From an uncultured Actinomycetes bacterium (GTDB lineage Bacteria > Actinomycetota > Thermoleophilia > Gaiellales > Gaiellaceae): DNA of 64,000 nt. Positions 28,115-37,805 of the stretch are shown here, in pieces (the stretch's first letter is position 1; every line of letters starts with the position of its first letter). The position numbers were made by a program, and so were the translations under genes. The stretch covers positions 170,536 to 234,535 of the forward strand of contig CAWBLH010000007.1 of assembly GCA_963789655.1 (NCBI GenBank), given 5' to 3'. The notes under the pieces are model-generated. The model made no database searches and had not been told where the DNA came from. It saw only the letters and a list, made by a program, of their open reading frames with translations.

Positions 28115-28138
28115 GGGGTCTGGCTTCAGCCAGACCCC
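28115..28138. repeat. REP-like palindrome, family A variant (copy A4) with a compensatory stem change
   Basis: GGGGTCTGGC TTCA GCCAGACCCC. Confidence 0.85.
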
Positions 28139-28148
28139 GATTCGCGTC

Positions 28149-29213
28149 TCACGCCGCGCGCACCGAGTGCACCGGCGGCAGGTTCGTGGCAGCCGTGAAC
28201 CACGTCGCGCCCGCATCCTTCGAACCGAAGACGTCGCCCGAGGTCGCGCCGAAGTAGAGACCCATGCCCTTGCCTGAGCCCTCGCGAGCGAAGGCCTGCC
28301 GCAGGATCGTCAGGTACGCGTCGTCCGCAGGGAGCCCGTCGCCGCGTTCGATCCATGTCTTCCCGGCGTCACGCGTCTCGTAGACCCGCACCTTCCCCTC
28401 CGGAGTCGTTCGATCCAGGTCCGCGACGAGCGGGATGACGTACGCGCTGTCCGAGTCCTCCGGGTCGAGCACCATCGGGAAGCCGAAGTCCGACGGCAGG
28501 CCGTCGGCGATCGACTCCCAGCTCTCGCCGGCGTCGTCGGACCGGTAGACGCCCCCGTGGAACTGCATGAAGAGGCGTTCGGGCCGCGACGGCGCGCGAT
28601 GCATGTTGTGGACGCAGAGGTCGATCGTGTCCGCGCGGGCTTCCTCGGGCATGTAGCGCGGATAGAGGCCCTTGTTGCCGTGTCGCCAGCTCTCGCCGCC
28701 GTCGTCCGAGAGCCAGACCCCCACCGCCGAGATCGCCAGTGCGATGCGCGACGGGTCTCCGGGCCACGTCGCGATCGAGTGCATGCACATGCCTCCTGCC
28801 CCCGGGCTCCAGTCCGGCCGCGTGGGCTGTTCCCAGAACGCCTTGTTGAGCTGCCAGGTCTCTCCGCCGTCTCGGCTCTCGAAGAGGACGCCAGGATCGC
28901 CACCCGCGTAGAGCAGCCCGTCCTCCTCGCCCGGCGTGACCACCCACAGGCGCGTCATCGCCTTCTCGGCATCCTCGGGGAGCTCGATTCCCTCGGCCTG
29001 CTGCCACTCGGCCGAGAGATCGTCGGTGTAGAACAGCTTCGGCCCGTAGAACGCGGACGTGAGGCAGGCGAAGTTGCGGCCGGTTCGCTCGTCGCGAAAC
29101 GCGAACTCGACCGGCTCACCCGCGAAGGCGCGAGAGGAGACCTCGAATGGACCACCCGGCTCTCCGTCCAGCACGAACAGGCCCTTCTTCGTTCCGACCA
29201 GTAGCTGCGTCAT
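28149..29213 (-). CDS. BNR/Asp-box repeat beta-propeller protein (sialidase-like fold, function unknown)
   Basis: Five Asp-boxes: SRDGGETW, SDDGGESW, SDDAGESW, TRDAGKTW and SKDAGATW. Confidence 0.8.
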   Translation of the reverse strand: MTQLLVGTKKGLFVLDGEPGGPFEVSSRAFAGEPVEFAFRDERTGRNFACLTSAFYGPKLFYTDDLSAEWQQAEGIELPEDAEKAMTRLWVVTPGEEDGLLYAGGDPGVLFESRDGGETWQLNKAFWEQPTRPDWSPGAGGMCMHSIATWPGDPSRIALAISAVGVWLSDDGGESWRHGNKGLYPRYMPEEARADTIDLCVHNMHRAPSRPERLFMQFHGGVYRSDDAGESWESIADGLPSDFGFPMVLDPEDSDSAYVIPLVADLDRTTPEGKVRVYETRDAGKTWIERGDGLPADDAYLTILRQAFAREGSGKGMGLYFGATSGDVFGSKDAGATWFTAATNLPPVHSVRAA

Positions 29214-29219
29214 GTCCTC

Positions 29220-29480
29220 CTACCCTCCTGAGATCGCCGGGATGACGTGGAGTCGGTCGCCTGCCGAGACCGAGGTGTCCCCCCGCCCGTATTCCTTGTT
29301 CACGAAGACGTTGATGTGCTCGCGGATCGCCCCGCGCTCGTCGAGGATCCAGCCCCGCGTGCCGGGACACTCCCGCTCGAGCGCCTTCAGCACGTCGGCG
29401 ACGGTGGCTCCCTCGAGCTCGAGCTCGCGGCGACCGCCTGCGAGCTCTGACAGGGGCGCGCGCAGCCTTACGACTGCCAT
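29220..29480 (-). CDS. MoaD/ThiS-family ubiquitin-like sulfur-carrier protein
   Basis: 86 aa ending ...GDRLHVIPAISGG (C-terminal Gly-Gly). It lies 6 nt upstream of the BNR gene. Confidence 0.75.
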   Translation of the reverse strand: MAVVRLRAPLSELAGGRRELELEGATVADVLKALERECPGTRGWILDERGAIREHINVFVNKEYGRGDTSVSAGDRLHVIPAISGG

Positions 29481-29543
29481 GACCCGATCCTAAGTCGCAT
29501 CAGTCGTTAGACGACGAACGACGACGGAACTCATCGACACCGC

Positions 29544-30755
29544 CTACGGGTCGAGCTCGAGCACGCCGTGCGGCGAGCCGTATTCCTCGAGCTTGGAGAG
29601 GAAGGGCTGCGACGGGAACGCCTCCGGGCCGAGGACTCCCGCTCCCTTCCAGTCGCCGTTCTCCAGCAGCTCGAGCGCGATCACCGGGTTGATCGCGGTC
29701 TGCCAGACAACCGCTTGCGACTGGTACTCGCGCATGGTCTCTGCGTTGTCGACGACGTGGTAGAGGTAGGTCTTCCGCGGGTTCCCGTCCTTCCCGATAC
29801 CGGTGACGAGCGCCCCGGCGCACGTCTTTCCGTGCATCCGCTCGCCGAGCGTGGCGGGGTCGGGAAGCGCGGCGGCGACGACATCTCGCGGCGCGACCTC
29901 GACGCCCTTGACCCGGATTGGATCCTTCGAGTCGAGACCCAGCTTGTTGAGCGTCTTCAGCACCTCGATGAACTCGTCCCCGAGGCCGTACTTGAACGTG
30001 ACTCGCTTGCAGTCGACCCAGCGAGGAACGAGGAGCACCTCCTCGTGCTCGACGTTCACGCACTCGACCGGGCCGATGCCCTCGGGGAAGTCGAACACCT
30101 CGGGCTCGGAGAACGGGGCCGTCGTGTACCAGCCGCGCTCCTTCTCCCAGATCACCGGCGGGTTCAGGCACTCCTCGATCGTCGTCCAGATCGAGAAGGT
30201 CGGCGCGAAGTCGTAGCCGTCGACCGCGATGTTCGAGCCGTCCCGAATGCCCACCTCGTCGATCTCCGAGAAGAGCTCGTCGGCCGCATGGCGCGCGAAG
30301 ACGTCCGCGGCGCCAGGCTCGATGCCGATCCCCACGAGCGCGAGGAGTCCTCGCTCCTCCCACTCGGCTGCGTGCTCGAACTGGTAGTCCCCGAGCTTGA
30401 CGCCGACCTGCTCGAACGGCTCCGTCGGGTGCGGCTCTGAGAGGGTCATCGCCATGTCGAGGTAGGTGACGCCGGCCTCGAAGCAGGCGTCGAAGATCGG
30501 CACGTTGAAGAGCGGGTCGACGGCGTTCAGCACCGCGTCAGCCTGGTTTCGCGGATCAGTCGGAGAAGATCCGTGCGGCTCGAGGCGTCGATCCGGTGCG
30601 CGCTGAAGCGGCCGTCGTCGAGACTCGGCGACGACACTCTCCGGGCGAGTGGCGTCGTAGTCCGCGAGCGCGCAGTGCTCGAAGAACGAGCGGCGGCGTG
30701 CGATCGCGGCGAAGGCGGAGCCGACGCCCCCGGTTCCGACGACGAGGATTCTCAC
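29544..30755 (-). CDS. saccharopine dehydrogenase family protein (carboxynorspermidine-dehydrogenase-like)
   Basis: MRILVVGTGGVGS Rossmann motif, and GIEPGAADVF. Codons between ~30625 and ~30546 read out of frame (compensated pair, see findings). Confidence 0.8.
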   Translation of the reverse strand: MRILVVGTGGVGSAFAAIARRRSFFEHCALADYDATRPESVVAESRRRPLQRAPDRRLEPHGSSPTDPRNQADAVLNAVDPLFNVPIFDACFEAGVTYLDMAMTLSEPHPTEPFEQVGVKLGDYQFEHAAEWEERGLLALVGIGIEPGAADVFARHAADELFSEIDEVGIRDGSNIAVDGYDFAPTFSIWTTIEECLNPPVIWEKERGWYTTAPFSEPEVFDFPEGIGPVECVNVEHEEVLLVPRWVDCKRVTFKYGLGDEFIEVLKTLNKLGLDSKDPIRVKGVEVAPRDVVAAALPDPATLGERMHGKTCAGALVTGIGKDGNPRKTYLYHVVDNAETMREYQSQAVVWQTAINPVIALELLENGDWKGAGVLGPEAFPSQPFLSKLEEYGSPHGVLELDP

Positions 30756-30851
30756 GGCAGCGCGGTTCTACATGAGTGAGGTCTCAGGTGTCGTGCGAAC
30801 CGAGCCGTCACCGTTGTACGCTCAACAGAGAGTCGGCGAACGGAGGTTCCT

Positions 30852-32301
30852 GTGAGCGTGTCCGTAACCCAGCTGAAGCAGTTCATCGGCGGCGAGTGGG
30901 TGGAGTCGTCGAGCGGCGAGACGATGGAGGTCTTGAACCCGGCGACGGGCGAGGTCATCGCGGAGGTCCCGCGCGGAACCGCCGATGACGTCGAGAAGGC
31001 GGTCGACGCGGCGAAGAAGGCGTGGTCCGAGTGGCAGTTCAAGACGCCGAAGGACCGCATGGAGCTGCTCCTGAAGCTCGCGGACGCGATCGACGACAAC
31101 GCCGACGAGCTCTCCGCGCTCGAGACGCAGAACGTCGGCAAGCCGACCGCGATCGCGGGCGACGAGATGCCGTTCTCCGCGGACAACCTCCGCTTCTTCG
31201 CCGGGCGCGGCGCGCAACCTCGAAGGCAAGTCCGCGTCCGAGTACGTCGAGGGCTACACCTCGCTTCTCCGCCGCGAGCCCCTCGGCATCGTCGCCGGGA
31301 TCACGCCCTGGAACTACCCGCTGATGATGGCGATCTGGAAGATCGGCCCTGCGCTCGCAGCAGGGAACGTCCAGATCATCAAGCCGGCCGAGCAGACGCC
31401 GCTGACGACGCTGCGGTTCGTCGAGCTCGCGCAGGAGTTCCTCCCACCCGGCGTGCTCCAGGTCGTGACGGGGGACGGAATTCCCGTCGGGGACTCGCTC
31501 GTCCGGCACCCGGCGATCCGCCTCGTCTCGCTCACGGGCGACGTCGCCACCGGAAAGCTCATCGCCAAGAACGCTGCGGACACGCTCAAGCGCGTGCACC
31601 TCGAGCTCGGCGGCAAGGCGCCGATGGTCGTGCTCGACGACGCCGACCCGGCCACCGTCGCGGAGGCCGTCAAGATCGGCGGCTACTGGAACTCCGGCCA
31701 GGACTGCACCGCTTCCTCGCGGATCCTCGTCTCCAGCAAGATCTACGACGACGTCCTCTCGGAGACGGTCAAGACCGTCGAGGCGATGAAGGTCGCGGAC
31801 CCGGCCGAAGGCGACGACGTCGACATGGGGCCGCTCATCTCCGCGGAGCAGCAGCAGCGAGTGCTCGGGTTCCTCGAGCGCGCGGCCGATGCGAAGGCGA
31901 CGATCGTCACCGGCGGCGAGGCGCTCGGCGACCGCGGGTTCTTCGTCAAGCCGACGATCGTCACCGACGTCGGCCAGGACGCCGAGATCGTGCAGGACGA
32001 GGTGTTCGGCCCGGTCGTCACGGTGCAGCCGTTCGCGTCCGACGACGAGGCGATCGAGATGGCCAACGGCGTCCGCTACGGGCTCGCCGCGTCCGTCTTC
32101 TCGGAGAACGTCGGTCGGGCGCTCAAGGTCGCGGGGAGGCTCGAGTTCGGCACCGTCTGGGTCAACGAGCATCTCTTCCCGCTCACCTCCGAGATGCCGC
32201 ACGGCGGCTTCAAGGAGTCGGGCTACGGGAAGGACATGTCGCTCTACTCGATGGAGGAGTACACCCGGGTCAAGCACATCGCGGTGAAGCTGGCCGAGTG
32301 A
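30852..32301 (+). pseudogene. NAD-dependent aldehyde dehydrogenase (aminobutyraldehyde-DH-like); frameshift at ~31205-31212
   Basis: The N-terminus QFIGGEWVESSSGETMEVLNPATGE...FFAG continues in the frame of ORF 31324 (ARNLEGKS...GITPWNYPLMMAIWKIGPALAAGN...ELGGKAP...GQDCTASSR...EEVFGPV). One extra C in GCCGGGCGCGG separates the two parts. Confidence 0.85.
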
Positions 32302-33803
32302 CGAGCCACAGCGGTACCACGGGCAGCCAGTCGCCCGAGCTCGCGCACGACGCGATCGGCTTCCGCGAGGCGCTCGCCGTCGGAGTAGGGTCGACGGCTC
32401 CCGCGTACTCGCTCGCGGCCGTGATCGGCACCGTGACCGTGATCGTCGGGTTCCAGGCGCCGGGGGCGCTGCTCGCATCGTTCGTCCCGATGTTCCTGAT
32501 CGCCGGCGCGTTCTTCTACATGAATCGCGCCGACCAGGACGCCGGCACGACGTTCTCGTGGGTCACGCGCTCGCTCGGGCCCTGGCTCGGTTGGCTCGGC
32601 GGCTGGGCCGTCATCACCACCGGGATCCTCGTCGTCGGCTCGCTCGCGGATGTCGGCGCGCGCTACACGTACGAGCTCGTCGGCTGGGAGGAGGGCGCGG
32701 GGTCGAAGTCGTGGATCATGGTTCTCGCCGTCGTCTACATCGTCGTCATGACGGCGATCTGCATCATCGGCACCGAGCTCGCGGGCGAGCTCCAGGCAGT
32801 GCTGATCGTCTTGCAGATCGGGGCGCTCCTGCTCTTCGCGGGCGTCGCGCTGTACAAGGTGTACGACGGCACGGCACCCGCGGGCTCGTCGAAGCCGGAG
32901 CTCGACTGGCTCTCGCCGTTCGCGATTTCGGGCACGTCGACGCTCGTCTCTGCGCTCCTGATCGGCGTCTTCATCTACTGGGGCTGGGAGAGCGCGGTGA
33001 ATCTCACCGAGGAGACGCGCGACTCCGCCCATGCGCCGGGGCTTGCTGCGGTGCTCTCGACCGTGATCCTGCTCGTCACGTACATCGGAGTGTCGGTGGC
33101 GGTGCTCGCCTACGCCGGGCTCGAGACGCTCGCGGAGTACGACGACGACGACGCGATCTTCGCCGTTCTCGGGAGCCGACGTCCTCGGCGCGCCGTGGGA
33201 CAAGCTCGTGATCTTCGCCATCGCCACCTCGGCGATCGCCTCGACGCAGACCACGATCATCCCGTCCTCGCGAACCTCGTTCTCGATGGGCCGCCAGAGC
33301 GCGCTGCCGCGCGTATTCGGCGCGGTTCACTCGCGCTTCCGCACGCCCTGGTTCTCGACGGCGGTGGTCGCCGGGCTGGCCATCGCGTGGTACGTCCCCG
33401 TTGAACATCCTCTCCGAGAACTTCCTCTACGACACCGTCACGGCGTTCTCGCTGATGATCGCCTTCTACTACGCGCTCACCGGTCTCGCGTGCGCGGTCT
33501 ACTACCGGCGGGAGCTCCTGAAGTCGATCAAGAACTTCCTCTTCATCGGCGTCGGGCCACTCGTCGGAGCGGCGATTCTCGGCTACCTGTTCGTGAAGTC
33601 GGCGATCGACTTCTACGACCCGGAGAACTCGTACACGGGGCAGTCGTTTCTCGGCATGGGCGTCCCCTTCGTGATCGGTATGGGCGGCTTGCTCGTCGGG
33701 TTGGTGCTGCTCGTCGCTCTGGCGCGCAGGCGGAAACGAGCGCTTCTTCGGTCGCCGGCCGTTCGAGTCGGTCGACCCCGAGGTCGCGGCGGGCAGGTCG
33801 TAG
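32298..33803 (+). pseudogene. APC-superfamily amino-acid/polyamine permease, with three frameshifts
   Basis: GTGA overlap with the ALDH stop. TM-rich segments lie in three frames (...IFAVLG / ADVLGAPWDKLVIFAIATSAIASTQTTIIPSSR / NILSENFLYDTVTAFSLMIAFYY... / GGNERFFGRRPFESVDPEVAAGRS-stop). Junctions are at ~33172, ~33400 and ~33725. Confidence 0.8.
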
Positions 33804-33824
33804 AGGCGCGTTAGGCTCGCCGCC

Positions 33825-34937
33825 GTGGGCACCTCTGCGGCAGACGTCGACGTGCGGCTCGAGGGAGTCGTCAAGCGCTTCGACGATGCGGTCGCCGTGG
33901 ACGGGATCTCGCTGGAGGTTCCGCGCGGTTCCTTCTTCGCGCTGCTCGGGCCGTCCGGGTGCGGCAAGACGACGACCCTGCGCATGATCGGGGGGTTCGA
34001 GGAGCCGAGCGAGGGCCGGATCTTGCTCGGCGAGCAGGACGTCGTCGGACTGCCTCCTTACAAGCGCGACGTCAACACCGTCTTCCAGAGCTACGCGCTC
34101 TTCCCGCACATGTCGATCGAGGACAACGTCGCGTTCGGGCTCGAGCGGAAGGGCGTCGCGAAGGGCGAGCGCAGCGGTCGCGTGAGCGAGATTCTCGAGC
34201 TCGTCGGGCTCACCGGATTCGCGAAGAGGAAGCCGAAGCAGCTCTCGGGCGGCCAGCAGCAGCGGGTCGCGCTCGCGCGGGCGCTGGTCGAATCACCCGC
34301 GCGTCCTGCTGCTCGACGAGCCTCTCGGCGCGCTCGACCTGAAGCTTCGCAAGCACATGCAGCTCGAGCTGAAGGGAATCCAGAACGAGGTCGGGATCAC
34401 GTTCGTGCACGTCACGCACGACCAGGAGGAGGCGATGACGATGGCGGACGCGATCGCAGTCATGAACAACGGACGGATCGAGCAGCTCGGGCCGCCGCAG
34501 GAGCTCTACGAGCGGCCGGCGACCGCGTTCGTCGCCGGCTTCCTCGGAGTCTCGAACCTGCTGCCCGGTGTGGTCGAGGGACCCGGACGCCGTGCGACTG
34601 GAGAGCGGCGAGCTCGTGCGCGTGCGGGTGAACGGGCGCACGGGTCGCGTCGCCGCGGGCGTCCGCCCGGAGAAGATCACGCTCGGTGAGGGGGGAGGCG
34701 AGAACCGGCTCGACAGGGACGATCTCGGAGAGCGCGTATCTCGGCGTCGCGACACAGGTCGTCGTGCGCACCCCCTCGGGCACCGTCCAGGTGTTTGCGC
34801 AGAACATCGGCGCAGCCGGGCACGCGCCGGCTCGGGGATCGACTGTCACGCTCAGCTGGAGCCCGGAGGCGACCTTCGTCGTCGACGGGGATGACGCAAT
34901 CGCTCAGGGAGACGACGACGAGGAGGCTGCGGAATGA
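33825..34937 (+). pseudogene. potA: spermidine/putrescine ABC transporter ATPase, with three frameshifts
   Basis: [24 protein letters not shown] / [16 protein letters not shown]...VTHDQEEA / C-terminal TOBE-like domain (RPEKITL...ISESAYLGVATQVVV). Inserted bases are at 34290, ~34578 and 34714. Confidence 0.85.
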
Positions 34938-36073
34938 GGATGACCCGAGACGAGCTGCTCCGGCGGAGTGCCGCTGCCGGCGTGCTGCTCACGTTCCCAT
35001 CCGTGCTGGCGGCGTGTGGTGGGGGTGACGGAGGAGGCGAGGCGACCGAGGACGAGCTCAAGACGGTGCTCAACTTCTCCAACTGGCCCTTCTACATGGA
35101 CACGAAGGGCAAGGCGCATCCGACGCTCGACCAGTTCACGGCGGAGACCGGCATCAAGGTCAACTACTTCGAGGACGTCAACTCGAACGACGAGTACTTC
35201 GCCAAGGTGCAAGGCCCGCTTTCACAGGGAAACGGGATCGACCGGGACATCATCGTGGCGACGGACAACTCCCGTTTCCCGGGGCTGTACGTCTCCCAGG
35301 GCTGGGTGCAGGAGCTCGACAAGGAGCTCATCCCGAACTTCTCGAATCTCATCGAGACGCAGGCGAGCCCGCCATTCGATCCGGAGCGCACGTACTCGCT
35401 CCCGTGGCTGTCGGGCATGACCGGCATCGCGTGGAACGAGGACCTCACCGGCCCGGTCACCACCATCGCCCAGCTGCTCGAGGACCCGGAGCTGAAGGGC
35501 AAGGTCACGATGCTCAGCGAGATGGGCGACTCGGTCGGCGTGGTGATGGCCGATGCGGGTGACGATCCGTCCGCCGTGACCGACGACAGCTTCGACCGGG
35601 CCGTCGAGCGCGTGCAGGCGGCGGTCGACTCCGGGCAGATCAGGCGCTTCACCGGGAACGACTACGCGCAGCCGCTCGCGAACGGCGACCTGGCCGCTTG
35701 CGTGGCCTGGTCGGGAGACGTCGCCTCCCTCGTGGCCGACAACCCGAAGCTCAAGTGGGCCGTCCCCGAGAAGGGCGGGATCATCTGGACCGACAACATG
35801 CTGATCCCGACCGGGGGCAGTGTCCCGACCGCGTCGACGTTCATGAACTTCGCGTACGACCCGAAGATCGCGGCGCAGGTCGCGGTCGGGACGGGCTTCA
35901 TCTCGTCGGTCAGAGGCGTCAAGGAGGAGGCGGTGAAGCTCGACCCCGACTCGGCCGCGAACGTCCTCATCTTCCCGGACGACGACCTGCTGGCACAGCT
36001 GAGCCAGAACGACCCGAAGATGCTCGACAACGACGACTACATCACCAAGTGGCAGGCGGTCCTAGGGCAGTAG
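34934..36073 (+). CDS. potD: spermidine/putrescine ABC transporter substrate-binding lipoprotein
   Basis: Twin-Arg plus lipobox signal (RRSAAAGVLLTFPSVLAACGG) and a PotD/PotF-type PBP2 fold. ATGA overlap with potA. Confidence 0.85.
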   Translation: MRMTRDELLRRSAAAGVLLTFPSVLAACGGGDGGGEATEDELKTVLNFSNWPFYMDTKGKAHPTLDQFTAETGIKVNYFEDVNSNDEYFAKVQGPLSQGNGIDRDIIVATDNSRFPGLYVSQGWVQELDKELIPNFSNLIETQASPPFDPERTYSLPWLSGMTGIAWNEDLTGPVTTIAQLLEDPELKGKVTMLSEMGDSVGVVMADAGDDPSAVTDDSFDRAVERVQAAVDSGQIRRFTGNDYAQPLANGDLAACVAWSGDVASLVADNPKLKWAVPEKGGIIWTDNMLIPTGGSVPTASTFMNFAYDPKIAAQVAVGTGFISSVRGVKEEAVKLDPDSAANVLIFPDDDLLAQLSQNDPKMLDNDDYITKWQAVLGQ

Positions 36074-36093
36074 GGGCGAGGCTTGCCTCGCCC
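36073..36093. repeat. REP-like palindrome, family B (copy B1)
   Basis: CAG TAG-GGGCGAGGC TT GCCTCGCCC. The potD stop TAG (36071-36073) abuts the left arm. Confidence 0.8.
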
Positions 36094-36138
36094 TTGTCCC
36101 CGGGGCGGCATCACCGGACTTCCCGGAGAAACCACTAG

Positions 36139-36996
36139 ATGGGCGCGTTCTTCCACCGCCACCCGCGCCTCACGCCGTACCTGCTGCTGGCGCCGGGGGC
36201 GATCTGGCTCGCGGTCTTCTTCCTCGTCCCGCTCGTGTTCCTCGGGTATCAGTCGCTCCACTCGGGGGTCTTCCCGACCTTCGAGTTCACGTGGGAGTTC
36301 TCGAACTTCACGGAGGCGTTCAGCGACTATCGCGAGCAGCTCTTCCGTTCCTTCCTCTACGCGGGCATCGCGACGATCGCCTGCCTTCTCCTCGCCTACC
36401 CGCTCGTGTACTGGATCGCCTTCCGGGCGGGGCCGTGGCGAAACCTCTTCCTCCTCTTCATCATCGCGCCCTTCTTCGTCACGTATCTCATCCGGACGCT
36501 CGCTTGGCTCAACATCCTCGCGGACGAGGGCCCTGTCGTCGGGTTCCTGCGCGGCGTCAACGTCCTCGACGAGGACGGCCGGCTGCTCGCGACGACCTTC
36601 GCGGTCGTCTCGGGCATCACCTACAACTTCTTCCCCTTCATGGCGCTCCCGCTGTACGTCTCGCTGGAGCAGATCGACGAGCGGCTGCTGGAGGCGGCGA
36701 AGGACCTCTACGCGAGCCCGACGCAGGCATTCCTCCGCGTCACGCTCCCCTTGTCTGCGCCCGGGATCGTCGCCGGCACGCTCCTCACCTTCATCCCGGC
36801 GGCCGGGGACTTCATCAACGCCGAACTGCTCGGGACGCCGAACCAGCAGATGATCGGGAACGTCATCCAGGCGAAGTTCCTGGAGTCGCTCGACTACCCG
36901 ACCGCCGCTTCGCTCTCGTTCATCCTGATGGCCGCCATCCTCGTCGCCCTGCTCGCATACGCCAAGATCGTCGGCACGGAGAAGCTCACGGGATGA
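36139..36996 (+). CDS. potB: spermidine/putrescine ABC transporter permease
   Basis: 285 aa with 6 TM helices and an EAA-type loop (LEAAKDLYASPTQAFLRVTLPL). Confidence 0.88.
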   Translation: MGAFFHRHPRLTPYLLLAPGAIWLAVFFLVPLVFLGYQSLHSGVFPTFEFTWEFSNFTEAFSDYREQLFRSFLYAGIATIACLLLAYPLVYWIAFRAGPWRNLFLLFIIAPFFVTYLIRTLAWLNILADEGPVVGFLRGVNVLDEDGRLLATTFAVVSGITYNFFPFMALPLYVSLEQIDERLLEAAKDLYASPTQAFLRVTLPLSAPGIVAGTLLTFIPAAGDFINAELLGTPNQQMIGNVIQAKFLESLDYPTAASLSFILMAAILVALLAYAKIVGTEKLTG

Positions 36997-37805
36997 GCTT
37001 CGTCAAGAAGCACGCGCTCACGGCCTACGCGCTCCTCGTCGTCGCGTACCTGATGCTGCCGATCGCGGTAGTGATCCTGTTCTCGTTCAACGATCCGGAG
37101 GGCCGCTTCAATTACGTCTGGCAGGGGTTCACGCTCGACAACTGGATCGAATGGGACTCGGTGCTCGGACTGCGCGACGCGCTCGTGACGTCGATCCAGG
37201 TCGGCCTCCTTGCGACCCTGGCAGCCAGTGTGCTCGGGACGCTGATGGCGTTGGCGATCGTCCGGCACGACTTTCGCGGGCGCGGCTCCGCGAACGTCCT
37301 CGTGTTTCTCCCGATGTCGACCCCGGAGATCGTCCTCGGGGCGAGCCTGCTCACGCTCTTCCTGAACATGACGAGCGTCTTCGAGCTCGGCTTCTGGACG
37401 ATCTTCATCGCGCACGTCATGTTCATCGTCAGCTTCATCGTGGTCACGGTGAAGGCCAGGCTCATCGGCTTCGACCGGCACCTCGAGGAGGCGGCGATGG
37501 ACCTCGGGGCGAACGAGTGGACGACGTTCCGAAAGATCACGCTGCCGCTGCTCGCCCCCGCCATTCTCGCCGCCTCGCTGCTCGGCTTCGCGCTGTCCAT
37601 CGACGACTTCGTGATCACGTACTTCGCCGCGGGCGGCGAGCAGACGTTTCCGGTGTTCGTCTGGGGGGTCGCGCGAGTGGCCGTGCCGCCGCAGGTGAAC
37701 GTCGTCGCGAGCTTCATCTTCCTGGTTGCGATCGGGCTCGCGCTCGCTAACGTGATCTGGCAGATGCGCGTCGCGCGTCGAGACCGAGGAGCAAGAGCCG
37801 CATGA
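36993..37805 (+). CDS. potC: spermidine/putrescine ABC transporter permease
   Basis: ATGA overlap with potB. The protein starts MSFVKKHALTAYALLVV and has an EAA loop (LEEAAMDLGANEWTTFRKITLPL). The listed ORF 36291-37805 is real only from 36993. Confidence 0.88.
   Translation: MSFVKKHALTAYALLVVAYLMLPIAVVILFSFNDPEGRFNYVWQGFTLDNWIEWDSVLGLRDALVTSIQVGLLATLAASVLGTLMALAIVRHDFRGRGSANVLVFLPMSTPEIVLGASLLTLFLNMTSVFELGFWTIFIAHVMFIVSFIVVTVKARLIGFDRHLEEAAMDLGANEWTTFRKITLPLLAPAILAASLLGFALSIDDFVITYFAAGGEQTFPVFVWGVARVAVPPQVNVVASFIFLVAIGLALANVIWQMRVARRDRGARAA

Noticed and set aside
30852-33404. 850-aa ORF that looks like an aldehyde-dehydrogenase::permease fusion
   Set aside because: It is an artefact of frameshifts. 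Only the first ~118 codons are ALDH. The middle is out-of-frame Arg-rich sequence, and the end is the permease frame. The true ALDH continues in ORF 31324-32301.
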